A stretch of DNA of 64,000 nucleotides from Octopus sinensis (Eukaryota). Position 1 is the stretch's first letter, and every line of letters begins with the position of its first letter. The notes under the pieces were generated by a model. The model was not told where the DNA came from. It made no database searches and saw only the letters and a list, made by a program, of their open reading frames with translations. Below, piece after piece: positions 1-12,224 of the stretch. Where the stretch lies: NCBI RefSeq assembly GCF_006345805.1, contig NC_043000.1, positions 156,426,001 to 156,490,000 of the forward strand, read 5' to 3'. A program made the position numbers and the translations under genes.

Positions 1-1730
1 GAGCACCGCCATTGTAACCACCTTTTCAATGCTCAATCTTATGTGATTGACTTTTGATGAAGGCGGATGTTTGATACCATTGCCTTCGTTTGAGTTTCCT
101 GCCTTGATAAAGGTTCATCTGGGCCCTTGGATAGCATGATGTCAAGTTGTTTCTTGAAAAGATCTGCCCCTGCTCTATGAACATCCCTCAGAAGTTTTGG
201 CAAGACGTTAAATAGCTGTGGGACTTTGAATCCCAAGCTGTTGCAGTACATGGTCCTCACTCTAGACGGGTTTGCTAGGACATTTGGAACAGTGCGTTGA
301 CGTCCAGTTCGGGGCCTGGTATAACTCCCGATACTAAAACTTGCTGCCAGATCCTCCAGGAACTTCCATACGTATATCTCTGCATATCTTTCCCGTCTTC
401 GCTCGCTCATAGGAATAGAGTCGTAACTCTTTCAGTATCTCCCGGTAGCCAAATTGTTCCATCGATGCAATCTTCCTGGTATAGCACCACTGAATTGCCT
501 CATGTTCCGCTATTTATTTGACACTGTAGTGCAACCACAGTTGAGAACAGTAATCCAGACGTCTGAGTACAAATGTCTTTGAGAGAACCAGCATAGTTTC
601 CTGATCCCTTTGTTCTGAAATTTCTCAAAATACATTCGGTCACTCCCCTGCACATTGCCACCTTCTTGATGATATGTAGGAGCAATCCCCAGATCCCGCA
701 CTGTGTGTGACTCTAAGAGGACTTGGAAGTTACCTGCATTAAACTGCATGTGATTTTCTTCAGCCCATTTATATATGGCATTTAAGTCTTTCTGTAGAAG
801 ACTAGCACTAGGAAGTTCCTTAACTGTTTGTACTGCTTTTGTGTCGTCGGCATAGATAGTAAGTGTGGCTGTAATTGATAGTATGTCTGAACAGTAGCGG
901 CACTCCACTCTCCATTAATATATCCTTGGAGAGGGCTCCATTGGCTGTCATAGCCTGCAATCTGTCTTTTAAGAAGTCATGTAGCCACTCTCTCAGTTTT
1001 CCGCAAGTCTCCGTAGCTTGTGACATATCATCCCGTGATCGACATTATCAAAGGCCTTTGCAAGGTCAAAATATATCACAATCACGTTTGAGTGATTCCT
1101 TAGTTGTTTCAACACTCAGTCATAATGCCGCAAAAGCTGTGTAAGACAGCTTGTTCCTAAACAGAAACCATGCTGGGTGTCAGAGAGCAAGTCATTATCT
1201 TCGAGAAATGCGGTCAGTTTCCTTTTGACAATGCGTTCCACGCCATTGCTTATATGGGAGGTTAGAGAGACAGGCCTATAATTTTTAACATCTACTCTGC
1301 TACCTCTTTTATAGATAGGACATTATAGATTTCCTTTAACTTTTTTGCGAAGTCGCCCGCTTGCGAGGAAGCTCTGGAAGAGAATCTGTAGTGGTCTTGC
1401 TAGAGAACCTTTGCATTTCTTCAGGAGGATTGCTGAGACTCCATCAGAGACTGGAGTTTGAGCTCATTTTACCAATGGCCGATATTACATCTGTTTCCTC
1501 TATTTTAATGTCATCAATAATAGTCATTTCTTTGTGTAAAGTTGAGGTGCCAAAGAACTCATCAGACATAACTACTTATAAATGTCACAATGGAGTTGTG
1601 AAAACACACTTGTATTGCACATTCAGTATTTCCCTGATCCTTTGGTGGTCTGCAGTCGGTGAGCCATCTTTCTCGAAGCAGACAATTTTGCAAATCTTTA
1701 GAAGGTTTCAGGGTTTGTCTTTATACATTA
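1..1730 (-). mobile_element. Degenerate CR1-like LINE, RT and C-terminal part of ORF2 to the 3' tail
   Basis: Frameshifted fragments YRPVSLTS (~1270), AKAFDNVDHG (~1040), LREWLHDFLKDRLQ..SGVP, IYADDTK..LQKDLNAIYKWAEENHMQFN, and YCNSLGFKVPQLFNVLP. Tail ggcggtgctc at 1-10. Confidence 0.85.
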
Positions 1731-1880
1731 AAGAGTAATCACGCACAAATACAAGCGCTCATTCGAGTACCATTGAAATATACTCATTATATAAGTACAA
1801 GTATATTAACACATACACTAACATACACACTCTAACTGGCTCAGCTTATCAGAAGTCCTTGAAGCTGTCTCCACTCAGCC

Positions 1881-3204
1881 AATTTCTGCTCTCTGGACTT
1901 CTCCTGAAGTTGGCGTATGGAGAATATCATGTCAATAGTTGATCTGCTTCTTCTAAAGCCACACTGCGATTCTGGATAAATTCGAGAAGCAAGCAGTCGC
2001 AGCCTGGACAGGATTATGCGAGCAGAGGCCTTTCCAACAGTGCTTAAAAGAGATATTCCACGATAATTGTAACAATCACCACGTTCACCTTTGTTTTTGT
2101 AAAGCGTAATGATGTTAGCATCTCGCATATCCTGAGGGACTGTACCCTCTTCCCAGCACTGACACAGAAGCTCATGAATGTGCCGAAGCTAGATGGTGTT
2201 TTTGCCGGTTTTGATGATCTCTAAGGGGATGCTGTCTTTTCCCGGGTTTTGTTACTTCCTAGGGAGTCAATAGCCTTCGTGAGCTCTGCTATAGATGGCA
2301 GACTGTCAAGTTCACACATGACTTGCAAGATCTTGACACCATCGATTGCAGCCTCAGCTACCGTGGTCTCCCGTGAGTAGAGATCCTGGTAGTGCTCCAC
2401 CCATCTATCCATTTGCTTGCTTTGGTCTTTGATGAGATCCTCAGTAGTTGACATTTGAGGGGCTGACTTGGTTGCGGATGGACCGAGGGCCTTCTTCAAA
2501 CCGGCATACATCCCACGGGTGTCGCCACTGTCTGCAGCTGACTGGATACTCTGACAGATTTCCTGCCAATACCTATTTGCACAGCGTCTGGCAGTCAGTT
2601 GGGTTGTATTTCTTGCCTTTCTGAGTTCTTCGAGTGACTTTGTAGAAGAATCAATCTTGTATTGCATCAGAGCTGCACGCTTTGCTTCGATAACTGTTTC
2701 CAGCTCTGAGAGCCCAGCACTGAACAAAATCTGGGTTTCGCCTTTCTCTCATGCCGAAAGTATCTATTGATGTGGTATACAAAGCTTCCCTGATATAATT
2801 CCACCTACTTTCAGCAGAGGAGGTTGGGCAGCTACTGAGGGCAACTTTGATAGAAACAGCAAAACATTGTCGCAGTGTAGGGTCAGAGGTTCTGGCAGTG
2901 TTAATGCGTGGTCGGCCCATTTTCTTGGAGTGATGGACTTTTTTAGGCAGAATCCTCACCCTGCTTCTTATTAGTGAATGATCTGTGTCACAATCCACGC
3001 TGTGGTAACTATGGGTCAGTTGAACAGAATTCAGAAAGGATCTTTGTGTAATAATGAGATCCAGCTGATGCCAGTGGTGAGATCTTGGTTGTCTCCAAGA
3101 TGCCTTGTGGGATGTCTTATTGGCAAAGAATGTGTTGGTGATGCACAGTTATGGTATGTGCAAAATTCAAGTAGTCCCTGACCATTGTCATTCATGTTGC
3201 CAAT
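1881..3204 (-). mobile_element. Degenerate RTE-clade (BovB-like) LINE fragment: endonuclease C-terminus to RT N-terminus
   Basis: [28 protein letters not shown], and MRDANIITLYKNKGERGDCYNYRGISLLSTVGKA...PESQCGFRRSRSTIDMIFSIRQLQEK, spread over several frames. Confidence 0.9.
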
Positions 3205-3280
3205 ACGAAAACACATACACTTACATATATACATACATATATATATATGATTGATTTGTTTCAGTTCCTGTCCTCGAAAT

Positions 3281-3361
<81 letters not shown>

Positions 3362-3464
3362 TGTATGTATGTATACACACACGCACACGCACAAAGATAA
3401 ATTGATATATATACAGCTGAGTGGGCAAACAAAAAGATGAGACACTGCGTAGTGCTTTTTATAT

Positions 3465-3785
3465 TTTGATAAGCCTGGTACTTATTCTGTCAGTTTCTTC
3501 TTGTGAAACTTGTAGTAGGATGGGGATGTAAATAAAACGAACACCAGTTGTGAATCAGTGATGAGGGAGAAACACAAACACACACACATACTTTACTATA
3601 TATACATACATAATACATATAATTGATTTCTTTCAGTTTCTGTCTACAAAAATCCACTCACAAGGCTTTGGTTGGTCTGAGGCTATAGCAGAAGACACAT
3701 TCCAAGTTACCACACAGTGGGACTGAACTGAGGACCATGTGTTTTGGAACCAAGTTTGTTACCACATAGCCACACCTGCACCTAT
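3465..3785 (-). mobile_element. tRNA-derived SINE family A, degenerate copy
   Basis: Matches the intact copies at 7412-7797, 11572-11980 and 52272-52740. Confidence 0.75.
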
Positions 3786-4469
3786 GTATGTGTGTGTGGG
3801 TGGTGGTGGTGGTGGATCGGTGTGTGTGTATGGGTGCATATATATGTATGCATGTATATATGTGTATATATATATGTGTACATATTACATGTACATATAT
3901 ATATACATGTTTACATATACATGTATACATATACATGTGTACAGTTATACATTTACATGTATACAGCTATACATATACATGTATACATATACAGCTATAC
4001 ATATACATGTATGCATATACATTTATATATATACATGTATATATATTATATATATATATATACATCCATATACATACAGTAGAGACATGCTTTTGTTTCA
4101 CGTAATACTGAAATAGTGGAGAAGATGTGATATTGCTGTGGGCTCGCCCTAGGCAAGAAGTTAAGCGTTTTGTTATTTGCCCATGACACTCCTTGGACCC
4201 TAAGTAAGGCATGTGTAAAATTCGAATGAAATTGGTTGTGTAGTTCTCAAGTTTTAGGGATTCACACAGACAGACAGACAGACACACATTCTCAGTTTTA
4301 TATATATATATATATAGAAGTTATATATATATATATATACATACATATATATATATATACACTTACATATATATATATATACACACACACATATATATAT
4401 ATATATACATATACATATACACACATACATACAGCCACACACACATATATACATACATACACACACATA

Positions 4470-4526
<57 letters not shown>

Positions 4527-4539
4527 CTCTATCTATCTA

Positions 4540-4571
<32 letters not shown>

Positions 4572-4577
4572 ATCTCC

Positions 4578-4618
<41 letters not shown>

Positions 4619-5182
4619 GCAGACATTCATACAATGTTACTGAGATGCTTTTATTTCCAGCGATAAATATGGCAGTAATCTCTCATCGGATGATAATCAT
4701 CAACTTTCTCATTTCAGTGATAATTTTTCCGTATCTAATCAATTTATTATTAAGTTAGGATTGTTCAAAGAATACATTTCTACATATTGAATGTAAACGT
4801 GGACATAAGATAATTCGGATATAAACAGATTGAAAAGAAAATGAATAAAAGATTTTTTCCCAATTACGTTCTATATTTCTAATGTTTGCATTCAATATTT
4901 CTCCACATACGTACATACATACAAACATACAGGCCAGAATATATTTTTATACAGTATATATATATATATATTATATATATATATATATATATAATGCACA
5001 ACAATCAAAATGTATGCGTATATAGATATATATACAAATGTGTGTATATATGTATATATTCATATATAGTTTATAAATTATATACATATATACACACATT
5101 TATATAAATATATTTATATGTGCATACATACATAAATGTGTGCGTATACATATATATATGCATATATACATATATATACATA

Positions 5183-5219
<37 letters not shown>

Positions 5220-5310
5220 CATATACATGCACACTTTTACAACTTATGTATACATATTTACATATAGCTAACTGTCTACATACTTGCATGCCTGCATGTG
5301 TGTATATACC

Positions 5311-5343
<33 letters not shown>

Positions 5344-6339
5344 GAGCTGTCTATTCTGTGCAAATTTGCAACGTTGATAAAATTATTATCACTCTGATGA
5401 CATTAATTCGCTGTATATCTCCATAGCTAAATGGCGTCTATGCAAATATCTCTGCTTCTCGTATTGTTTTGTCTTATTCCACTAATCATGCTTAGTGATA
5501 AAAATATGTATGGCCACATATACATATGAATTATAGACTCACCAGTTCGTCTCCCATTACAGTTTAACTTTTATGCTCCCCACAAAAAATATGTCTGCAC
5601 AATGGAAAATTTTATTGGCATTTTAGAGCTCTTGCTATAAATTTTTATCAAACGATTAAGTTCGTACTTGGTAAAACTTTTGATGGCTTTGCCCAAAGAA
5701 CACCAAAATGTTTGATAGTGGATAAGTTTGATGATAATGGCCGCCGAAGAAACAGCAACGACAAAGAGAAAGAGAGAGGAAAGAGAGAGAGAAAGAAAGG
5801 AAGAAAGAAAGAAGGAAGCAACACTGCAAGTGAGGTATATAGATACTGAGAGTAGTCAGCTATTGAGGGAAAGTCAGAAAAAAAGTAAGTTGTCCATTGA
5901 AATCTTATAGTGACCATTACCAGACTGAAATTACTGGCTTGTCTTTCGTGTCTTTGAAATAGACTGTCTCCATCATGTGATAACACACTTGTCCCCGCGT
6001 TACATCCGCCTCACGTCGCTTGGGTTGCTGGTTTATTATAAGATCGCATCATCATAACGTGTGATGACGGAACACAACTCTGATGTATCCCAGGCTTCGT
6101 ATTCTCCACATATCCTACTTACTGTCTTCTCCAACAACATCCATGATTCGAACCTTTGTTCTTCCCTACCAAGCGTCATCTACATGCAACCTTTATACGG
6201 CTTATGAAATTACCACTGGTTCAATGAACGGAGACCTGGTAAGTCTTCTCTGGTGAGAGTCAAGCAAATCGTGTCTCCACAATGACACGATAACTGTTTA
6301 TGCCAGCATAACAATATCATACCTCACTTCTAAGTATCC

Positions 6340-6537
6340 TTTCTACTATAGGCACAAGGACTGAAATGTGGAACAGGGGATTAGTCGATTACATCGACAA
6401 CACTGTTTCACTAGTACTCAATTTATCGATCCCGAAAGGATAATAGGCAAAGTCATAGCTAGGGGCGAACGTAGCTAGGGACGAAATACTGCTAAGCATT
6501 TCGTCCTGGTAGCTAACGATTCTGCCAGCTCGCCACC
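6340..6537 (-). mobile_element. tRNA-derived SINE family B (head ggcgagctggcagaa), degenerate
   Basis: Reverse complement of the family B sequence at 7880-8090 and 54412-54612. Confidence 0.7.
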
Positions 6538-7134
6538 TCCCATCACTTCGAAATATGAACGACACATCTTTAAATCCCTTACAGTCGCTGCAACTGCTAA
6601 GGTTCAACACCACTAAGGCTCACTCTTAATGAACACATATTCACAACTTAGTAAACTGGCCTTCCAGTTCGACGTCGCATATTACTTCAGCCCCCAACAG
6701 AAGACCCACAATGAAGTACTGAATTTGAGATATCTATCTAGCTAGCTTGTCCAGGTATAATGAAACGGAAACGGAACTCCACTTCGTTGTCAAAGTACAT
6801 AAAATTTACTCCTTTCACTCTACTAGGCGTAGCAGCCGAGATCTCCATAACTTCGACATCCTTCTTCCGCTCCTTATCATTCCGCTTACTCCATTTGCTT
6901 CCCCATACCTTTCTCCTTCGCACTCCTCGTCTCCTCTTCCAACTTACTACTGCTCTCTCTTTTCCTACTTTGCATCATCTATTTCCTCCATTTCATAACG
7001 AAAATTCCGGTTACATACGAATAGATTAATTGCCTGCGCCCCACTAAGGTAAAAATCTTGTCCTACTATACAACGATTTTATATGCTGTTGCAGGATAAA
7101 CCACAAGCTATTGCGCTCAGCTGGAACTTATGTT

Positions 7135-7262
7135 ATTAACCCTAAAAGAATGACAGGCAAAGTCGACCCCGACGTCATTTGAACTCAGGACGTAAAGTCG
7201 AAAGAAATGCCCCTAAGCATTTTTGTCCGGCGTTGTAACTATTCTGCCAGCCCATCGCCTTA
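7135..7262 (-). mobile_element. SINE family B, 5' part
   Basis: ggcaaagtcgacccc...tttgaactcag...ctaagcatttt...tctgccagcccatcgcc. Confidence 0.7.
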
Positions 7263-7411
7263 AAAGGTACTCGTATATCAATAGCAAACTGTATACTTAT
7301 ATAAACAATAATTAGAGACAAAAATATTAAATCGAACTTCCTGCTATGAATCAAACCTTATTTATGTAAAGGTTAAAAGAAAAAGGATAAAATGAGATGA
7401 GTATACCTTTT

Positions 7412-7797
7412 TTTACTCTTTTACTCTTTTACTTGTTTCAGTCATTTAACTGCGGCCATGCTGGAGCACCGCCTTTAGTCGAGCAAATTGACCCCGGGAC
7501 TTATTCTTTGTAAGCCCAGTACTTATTCTATCGGTTTCTTTTGCCGAACCGCTAAGTGACGGGGACATAAACACACCAGCATCGGTTGTCAAGCAATGCT
7601 AGGGGGACAAACACAGACACACAAACATACATGCATATACATATATATACATATATACGACGGGCTTCTTTCAGTTTCCGTCTACCAAATCCACTCACAA
7701 ATAGAAGACATTTGCCCAAGGTGACACGCAGTGGGACTGAACCCCGAACCATGTGGTTGGTAAGCAAGCTACTTACCACACAGCCACTCCTGCGCCT
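7412..7797 (-). mobile_element. SINE family A, near full length
   Basis: Minus head ggcgcaggagtggctgtgtggtaag...ggttcagtccc (A/B-box-like), internal (TA)/(TG) tract, tail ggcggtgctccagcatggccgcag...gaaacaagtaaaagagtaaaagagt. Confidence 0.9.
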
Positions 7798-7879
7798 TTA
7801 TGTAGAAACACTGGTGTGTTCTTATAATATTATACATGCTGTATTAATACATTTCTATTAATATTAATTATGTATTATT

Positions 7880-8090
7880 TAGGTGGTGAGCTGGCAATAT
7901 CATAAGCAGACCGGGCAAAATGCTTAACGGAATTTCGTCTGTCTCATGCTCTGAGTTCAAATTCTGTCGAGGTCGACTTTACCTTTCATCCTTTTGGGGT
8001 CAATAAAAAAAAGCGCCAGAGGAACTCTGGGGTCTGGGGTAAACTTACCCACTTCCACGAACTTGCTGGCCTTGTGCCAAAATTTGAAAT
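7880..8090 (+). mobile_element. SINE family B
   Basis: ggtggtgagctggcaa...gagttcaaattctgtcgaggtcgactttacctttcatccttttggggtc...ggccttgtgccaaaatttgaaa. Confidence 0.8.
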
Positions 8091-8237
8091 GTATATACAT
8101 TAATATTCCACCGTGTTTCCGGTATTTATGTGTATGTTTGCGAGCTTTAAGGTTGTGCACACATCTATGTAACCCTTTAATATGTTAGTTGTTTAATCAG
8201 TTCTTTATTGTATAGATAATTTGATTTTGTTCCTTAC

Positions 8238-8402
8238 CTGTTAAAACTGTCCGATATATCATCGTCACCTGCCGTGAAAGCCTTCCTCAACTGCCGAGGT
8301 ACCATAGGTGACTGGATATTATTGGAACCTTGTGAAGAACGGTCTCGTCTTTTAGTAGAGAACCTGCTCACAAATGATGTATTGTTTTTCCAGCGTGGCT
8401 CC
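8238..8402 (-). CDS. KCNQ: Next KCNQ coding exon (helix A-B linker), inferred from splice sites and phase
   Basis: Acceptor actatttttacag| and donor cag|gtaagg. 165 nt, phase 2 to phase 2, open throughout in the frame set by the 10822 donor: (T)EPRWKNNTSFVSRFSTKRRDRSSQGSNNIQSPMVPRQLRKAFTAGDDDISDSFN. Assignment rests on position and phase, not on a conserved motif. Confidence 0.8.
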
Positions 8403-8424
8403 CTGTAAAAATAGTAATAGATAT

Positions 8425-8649
8425 AATAACAAAAACTAGGACACTGTATTCTAATAACAAAAACTAGGACACTGTATTATAATAACAAAAATTAGGACAA
8501 TGTATTATAATAACAAAAACTAGGACACTGTATTATAATAACAAAAAACTAGGACACTGTATTATAATAACAAAAACTAGGACACTGTATTCTAATAACA
8601 AAAACTAGGACACTGTATTATAATAACAAAAACTAGGACAATGTATTAT
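8425..8649. repeat. 28-bp minisatellite, 8 copies
   Basis: Unit aataacaaaaactaggacactgtatt(c/a)t, repeated from ~20 bp beyond the 8403 acceptor. Confidence 0.95.
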
Positions 8650-9124
8650 TTTCAATAATCTGTACATGTGTATTCGAAAGCAAAAAATATGTAAAGTAAG
8701 TAAATGATAATGTGATAGAGGAAAAAGACGAAAAGAATGTAGAAAAAATGTTCTCTATCAATTGCAAGTATTATTGAATAGTTCCAAATATACAGATAAT
8801 GAAAGTGAAAGGCAGTCTTGCTCAGGTCTCCTCACTATCTGCAAATCTATAAAGAATGCAAACCAGTGCTCATCGTTTCATCTGAGGATGCACATAAGCC
8901 ATATCGACAGAGCATCGATGCAGAAATACTGAAAGTAATTGTGAGGGATAGTTTATGGGTGTAAGAGACTAACCCACAAAGCCTCAGCTAGAAGATGTAC
9001 GATAGGCTCCAAACATCGAAACATCTACAATGATCCATAAAACTATTATAACACCATCCTATAAATATCATCTCCCCACTCAGTCGAGACAAACATAAAA
9101 ATATCCATAACACACACACACACA

Positions 9125-9165
<41 letters not shown>

Positions 9166-9179
9166 AGCACACGGTGGAG

Positions 9180-9340
9180 GGTTAAGTCGATTACATCAAC
9201 TGGTACTCAATTTTCGACCTGGAAAAGATGAAAGGCAAAGTCGACCTCGGCGGAATTTGAACTCGGGACGTAAAAACAAACGAGACGCTGCTAAGCATTT
9301 TGCCCGGTGTGATAACAGTTCTACCCACTTGTCGGCTTGC
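9180..9340 (-). mobile_element. SINE family B
   Basis: gatgaaaggcaaagtcgacctcggcggaatttgaactc...gctaagcattttgcccgg. Confidence 0.8.
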
Positions 9341-9479
9341 AATCCCCACACATACACATACATAACACCAGTAGACTAAAACCTGCTCTGTGATGCACAA
9401 CATTAGTAAATAGAAATCCAGATTAATCAGTGATGACGAAGACTGTGGACTGTCGCTAAGTGAATATTGATAACATGTT

Positions 9480-9635
9480 ATGCCTTTACGTTGTCAGTTC
9501 AAATTCCGCCGAGGTCGACTTTGCCTTTCATTATTTCGGGGTCGATATAATAGGTACCAGTCGAGCACTGAGATCGATGTAATAGGCTTACTCCGCTTCC
9601 GATCTTGATCGTCTTGTGCCAACATTTGAAACCAA
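9480..9635 (+). mobile_element. SINE family B, 3' part
   Basis: gttcaaattccgccgaggtcgactttgcctttcat...ggggtcgat...cttgtgccaacatttgaaacc. Confidence 0.8.
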
Positions 9636-10011
9636 TATAAAATACGCATGAATTTGAGAAAAAAAAATTATCATAATTCGATAAAAGTTAGATGAATTAT
9701 TTAAAACAAATATTTACTTTCATTTAATATAAATTACATACTTATGCGAAAGCTCATGGCCTTGGTTATAGTGTTCCACTCACAATCGCAAGATCGTGGT
9801 TTTGGTTGTGAGACCAGGTGGGGCGTTATACTCTTGAGCAAAGCATTCCATTTCATGTTGCCTCCATCCAGCTTAAATGAGTAACCCCGAGACAGCATCC
9901 AATTCAGAGGGAATGTTCTGATCTCTGTCACTTATACGCTACGGAACCCGGGTTATTGGCCCAGTAACTCCCAGGACTTGATGTATTAACGATCAGGTGA
10001 CTTATTCTAGA

Positions 10012-10869
10012 TAACTCATGAATCTGTAAAATTCACTATCTTTATTTTCTCAGCCCAAACACCCTCTCCATAGGATCATATTCACTTAGAATCCGTCTGA
10101 TATTCTACAAAGGTTCAACACTCCTGATTTAGACATCGGTTTTAAATGATTTATTTAATAGGGATCAGTTAAGGTGCTATGGACAGAAAGATGTTGTGGT
10201 TTAGGTTGGTAGGCTCTCAGACACTGGACAAGTACAGTTTGTCGATTACGGTTATCTATACTTACGTGGTAGGGCTCGGACAAAGTGTCATATGATGTTT
10301 CCACGTAGCAATGCTTTACTGAAGGGTATAACGCCCCACCTGGTCCGGGAAAAGAAGCCACGATCTTGCGATCGTGAACACCCTTACCAAGATCATGAGC
10401 CTTTACATATGTATGTAATTTATATTTAATTAAAATAAATCTTAACAAATCTTTATAAATTCATAAGCATCTAACTTATATCAAATTATATGCTCTGAAA
10501 CCCGGGTTGTCAAACCTGTGAGTCTCAGGACTGGATATACTAAAAGTAATCGCCAGGAGATTTACTTTACATAATTCACGAATTTGTAAAATTAAAGATT
10601 CACTATCTTTTTTTTTCCCAGTACAAACACCCTCCCCAAAGGATCATACCCACTTGAAATTCGTCTGATGTTCTACAAAGGTTCAACACTCCTGATTTAA
10701 ACATTGGATTCAAACTAATTATTTAATAGGGATCGGTATGATCACGTGGTTTACATTAGTAGAGCCTCAGACACTGGGCATGCACAAACTGTCGATTACG
10801 GTTACTGTTACTTATACTTACGTGGTAGGGCTCGGACAAGGTGTCATGTGACGCTTCCACGTAGCAATG
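10012..10869. repeat. Diverged direct duplication of ~300 bp (10012-10313 vs 10571-10869), including the KCNQ exon 3' end and donor
   Basis: Shared blocks in the same order: ttcactatcttt, ggatcata, ttctacaaaggttcaacactcctgattta, tatttaatagggatc, gtcgattacggtta, atacttacgtggtagggctcggacaa..ccacgtagcaatg. Confidence 0.9.
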
Positions 10870-11006
10870 GACATAGAATTTTCATCGGCTGCATAGCTAC
10901 GCCACACGCACTGGATCAACATGGCTGCGGGCACTCGACGCCTATTAAGGTGCTTCTGTCGCTGCTGTTGCTGCACCTTGAGCGCAAAGCCGGATCCTAG
11001 TATTCC
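10822..11006 (-). CDS. KCNQ: Coding exon of a KCNQ/Kv7 voltage-gated potassium channel (S6 C-terminus + helix A IQ-like calmodulin site)
   Basis: Minus strand: acceptor ttttactaattccag| and donor |gtaagt. 185 nt, phase 0 to phase 2. Translates [61 protein letters not shown], the KCNQ hallmark. The PA|GILGS phase-0 boundary matches vertebrate KCNQ genes. Confidence 0.97.
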
Positions 11007-11251
11007 CTGGAATTAGTAAAATAGAAGCAAAACCAAAACAGAAACAGATACAAATGTAAAAAAAAAAACCAAAACAAAAAGCCAAAACAAAAAAACAGCC
11101 AAACAATAAAAAAGGAAACGTATACACAGTTATGAATCTGTCTGTGGCTCCTGCTATCAGCTTGTATTTTTTTGCTCATACGCAAACATGTATAGTCGCA
11201 GAATAACAGATATATATAATTTTATACACACATACACGCGCGCTCGCTCAC

Positions 11252-11285
<34 letters not shown>

Positions 11286-11571
11286 CACACACACACACAC
11301 ACACACAACAAAGTAGGGAGACAAGTCCAGGTAGATATCAATTCAATCTCAAATTTGGTTCTGACCACACATAGTATTATGCAATAGAGAAAATATATTG
11401 TAAGAACTCTCTTAAGGTTTTACCTATACCTTCACGTAAGGAATATATGTGTAACTAACTAAAATTATTATACTCTTTGTAATTAAGCATAAACATATGT
11501 CGGAAAATTATTTATTTAAATGGATAAATAAATAAAGGATTATTCTATCTGTTCCCATTGGTCTACCTTAT

Positions 11572-11980
11572 TAATCTTTTATACTCTTTTACTCTTTTAC
11601 TTGTTTCAGTCATTTGACTGCGGCCATGCTGGAGCACCGCCTTTAATCGAGCAAATCGACCCCGGGACTTATTCTTTGTAAGCCCAGTACTTATTCTATC
11701 GGTCTCTTTTGCCGAACCGCTAAGTGACGGGGACGTAAACACACCAGCATCGGTTGTCAAGCAATGCTAGGGGGGACAAACACAAACACACACACACACA
11801 TATATATACATATATACGACAGGCTTCTTTCAGTTTCCGTCTACCAAATCCACTCACAAGGCATTGGTCGGCCCGGGGCTATAGCAGAAGACACTTGCCC
11901 AAGATGCCACGCAGTGGGACTGAACCCGGAACCATGTGGTTGGTTAGCAAGCTACTTACCACACAGCCACTCCTGCGCCT
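11572..11980 (-). mobile_element. SINE family A, full length, flanked by a 77-bp direct repeat
   Basis: Near-consensus copy. Flanks 11495-11571 and 11981-12057 are identical. Confidence 0.93.
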
Positions 11981-12224
11981 ATATGTCGGAAAATTATTTA
12001 TTTAAATGGATAAATAAATAAAGGATTATTCTATCTGTTCCCATTGGTCTACCTTATCATATATATATATTTATGATTTAGGGTATCTAAGAGATAACTT
12101 CACGCTGGAAATAGCAGCCAAAACTTGACTCTAAACCTACATTAAATGTTCATACCGCACGAGGAGAGAAGACAAAATGACAAGATGAATTTGCTAGTAT
12201 ATATATATAGACTCGGCAGGACAA

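Noticed and set aside
5648-5986. 112-aa minus ORF as a further KCNQ exon
   Set aside because: No convincing acceptor in a compatible frame, no KCNQ similarity, and the C-terminal half is a purine/pyrimidine simple repeat.
8425-8649. 28-bp repeat array as CRISPR
   Set aside because: Units are directly adjacent with no spacers, there are no cas genes, and the context is eukaryotic.
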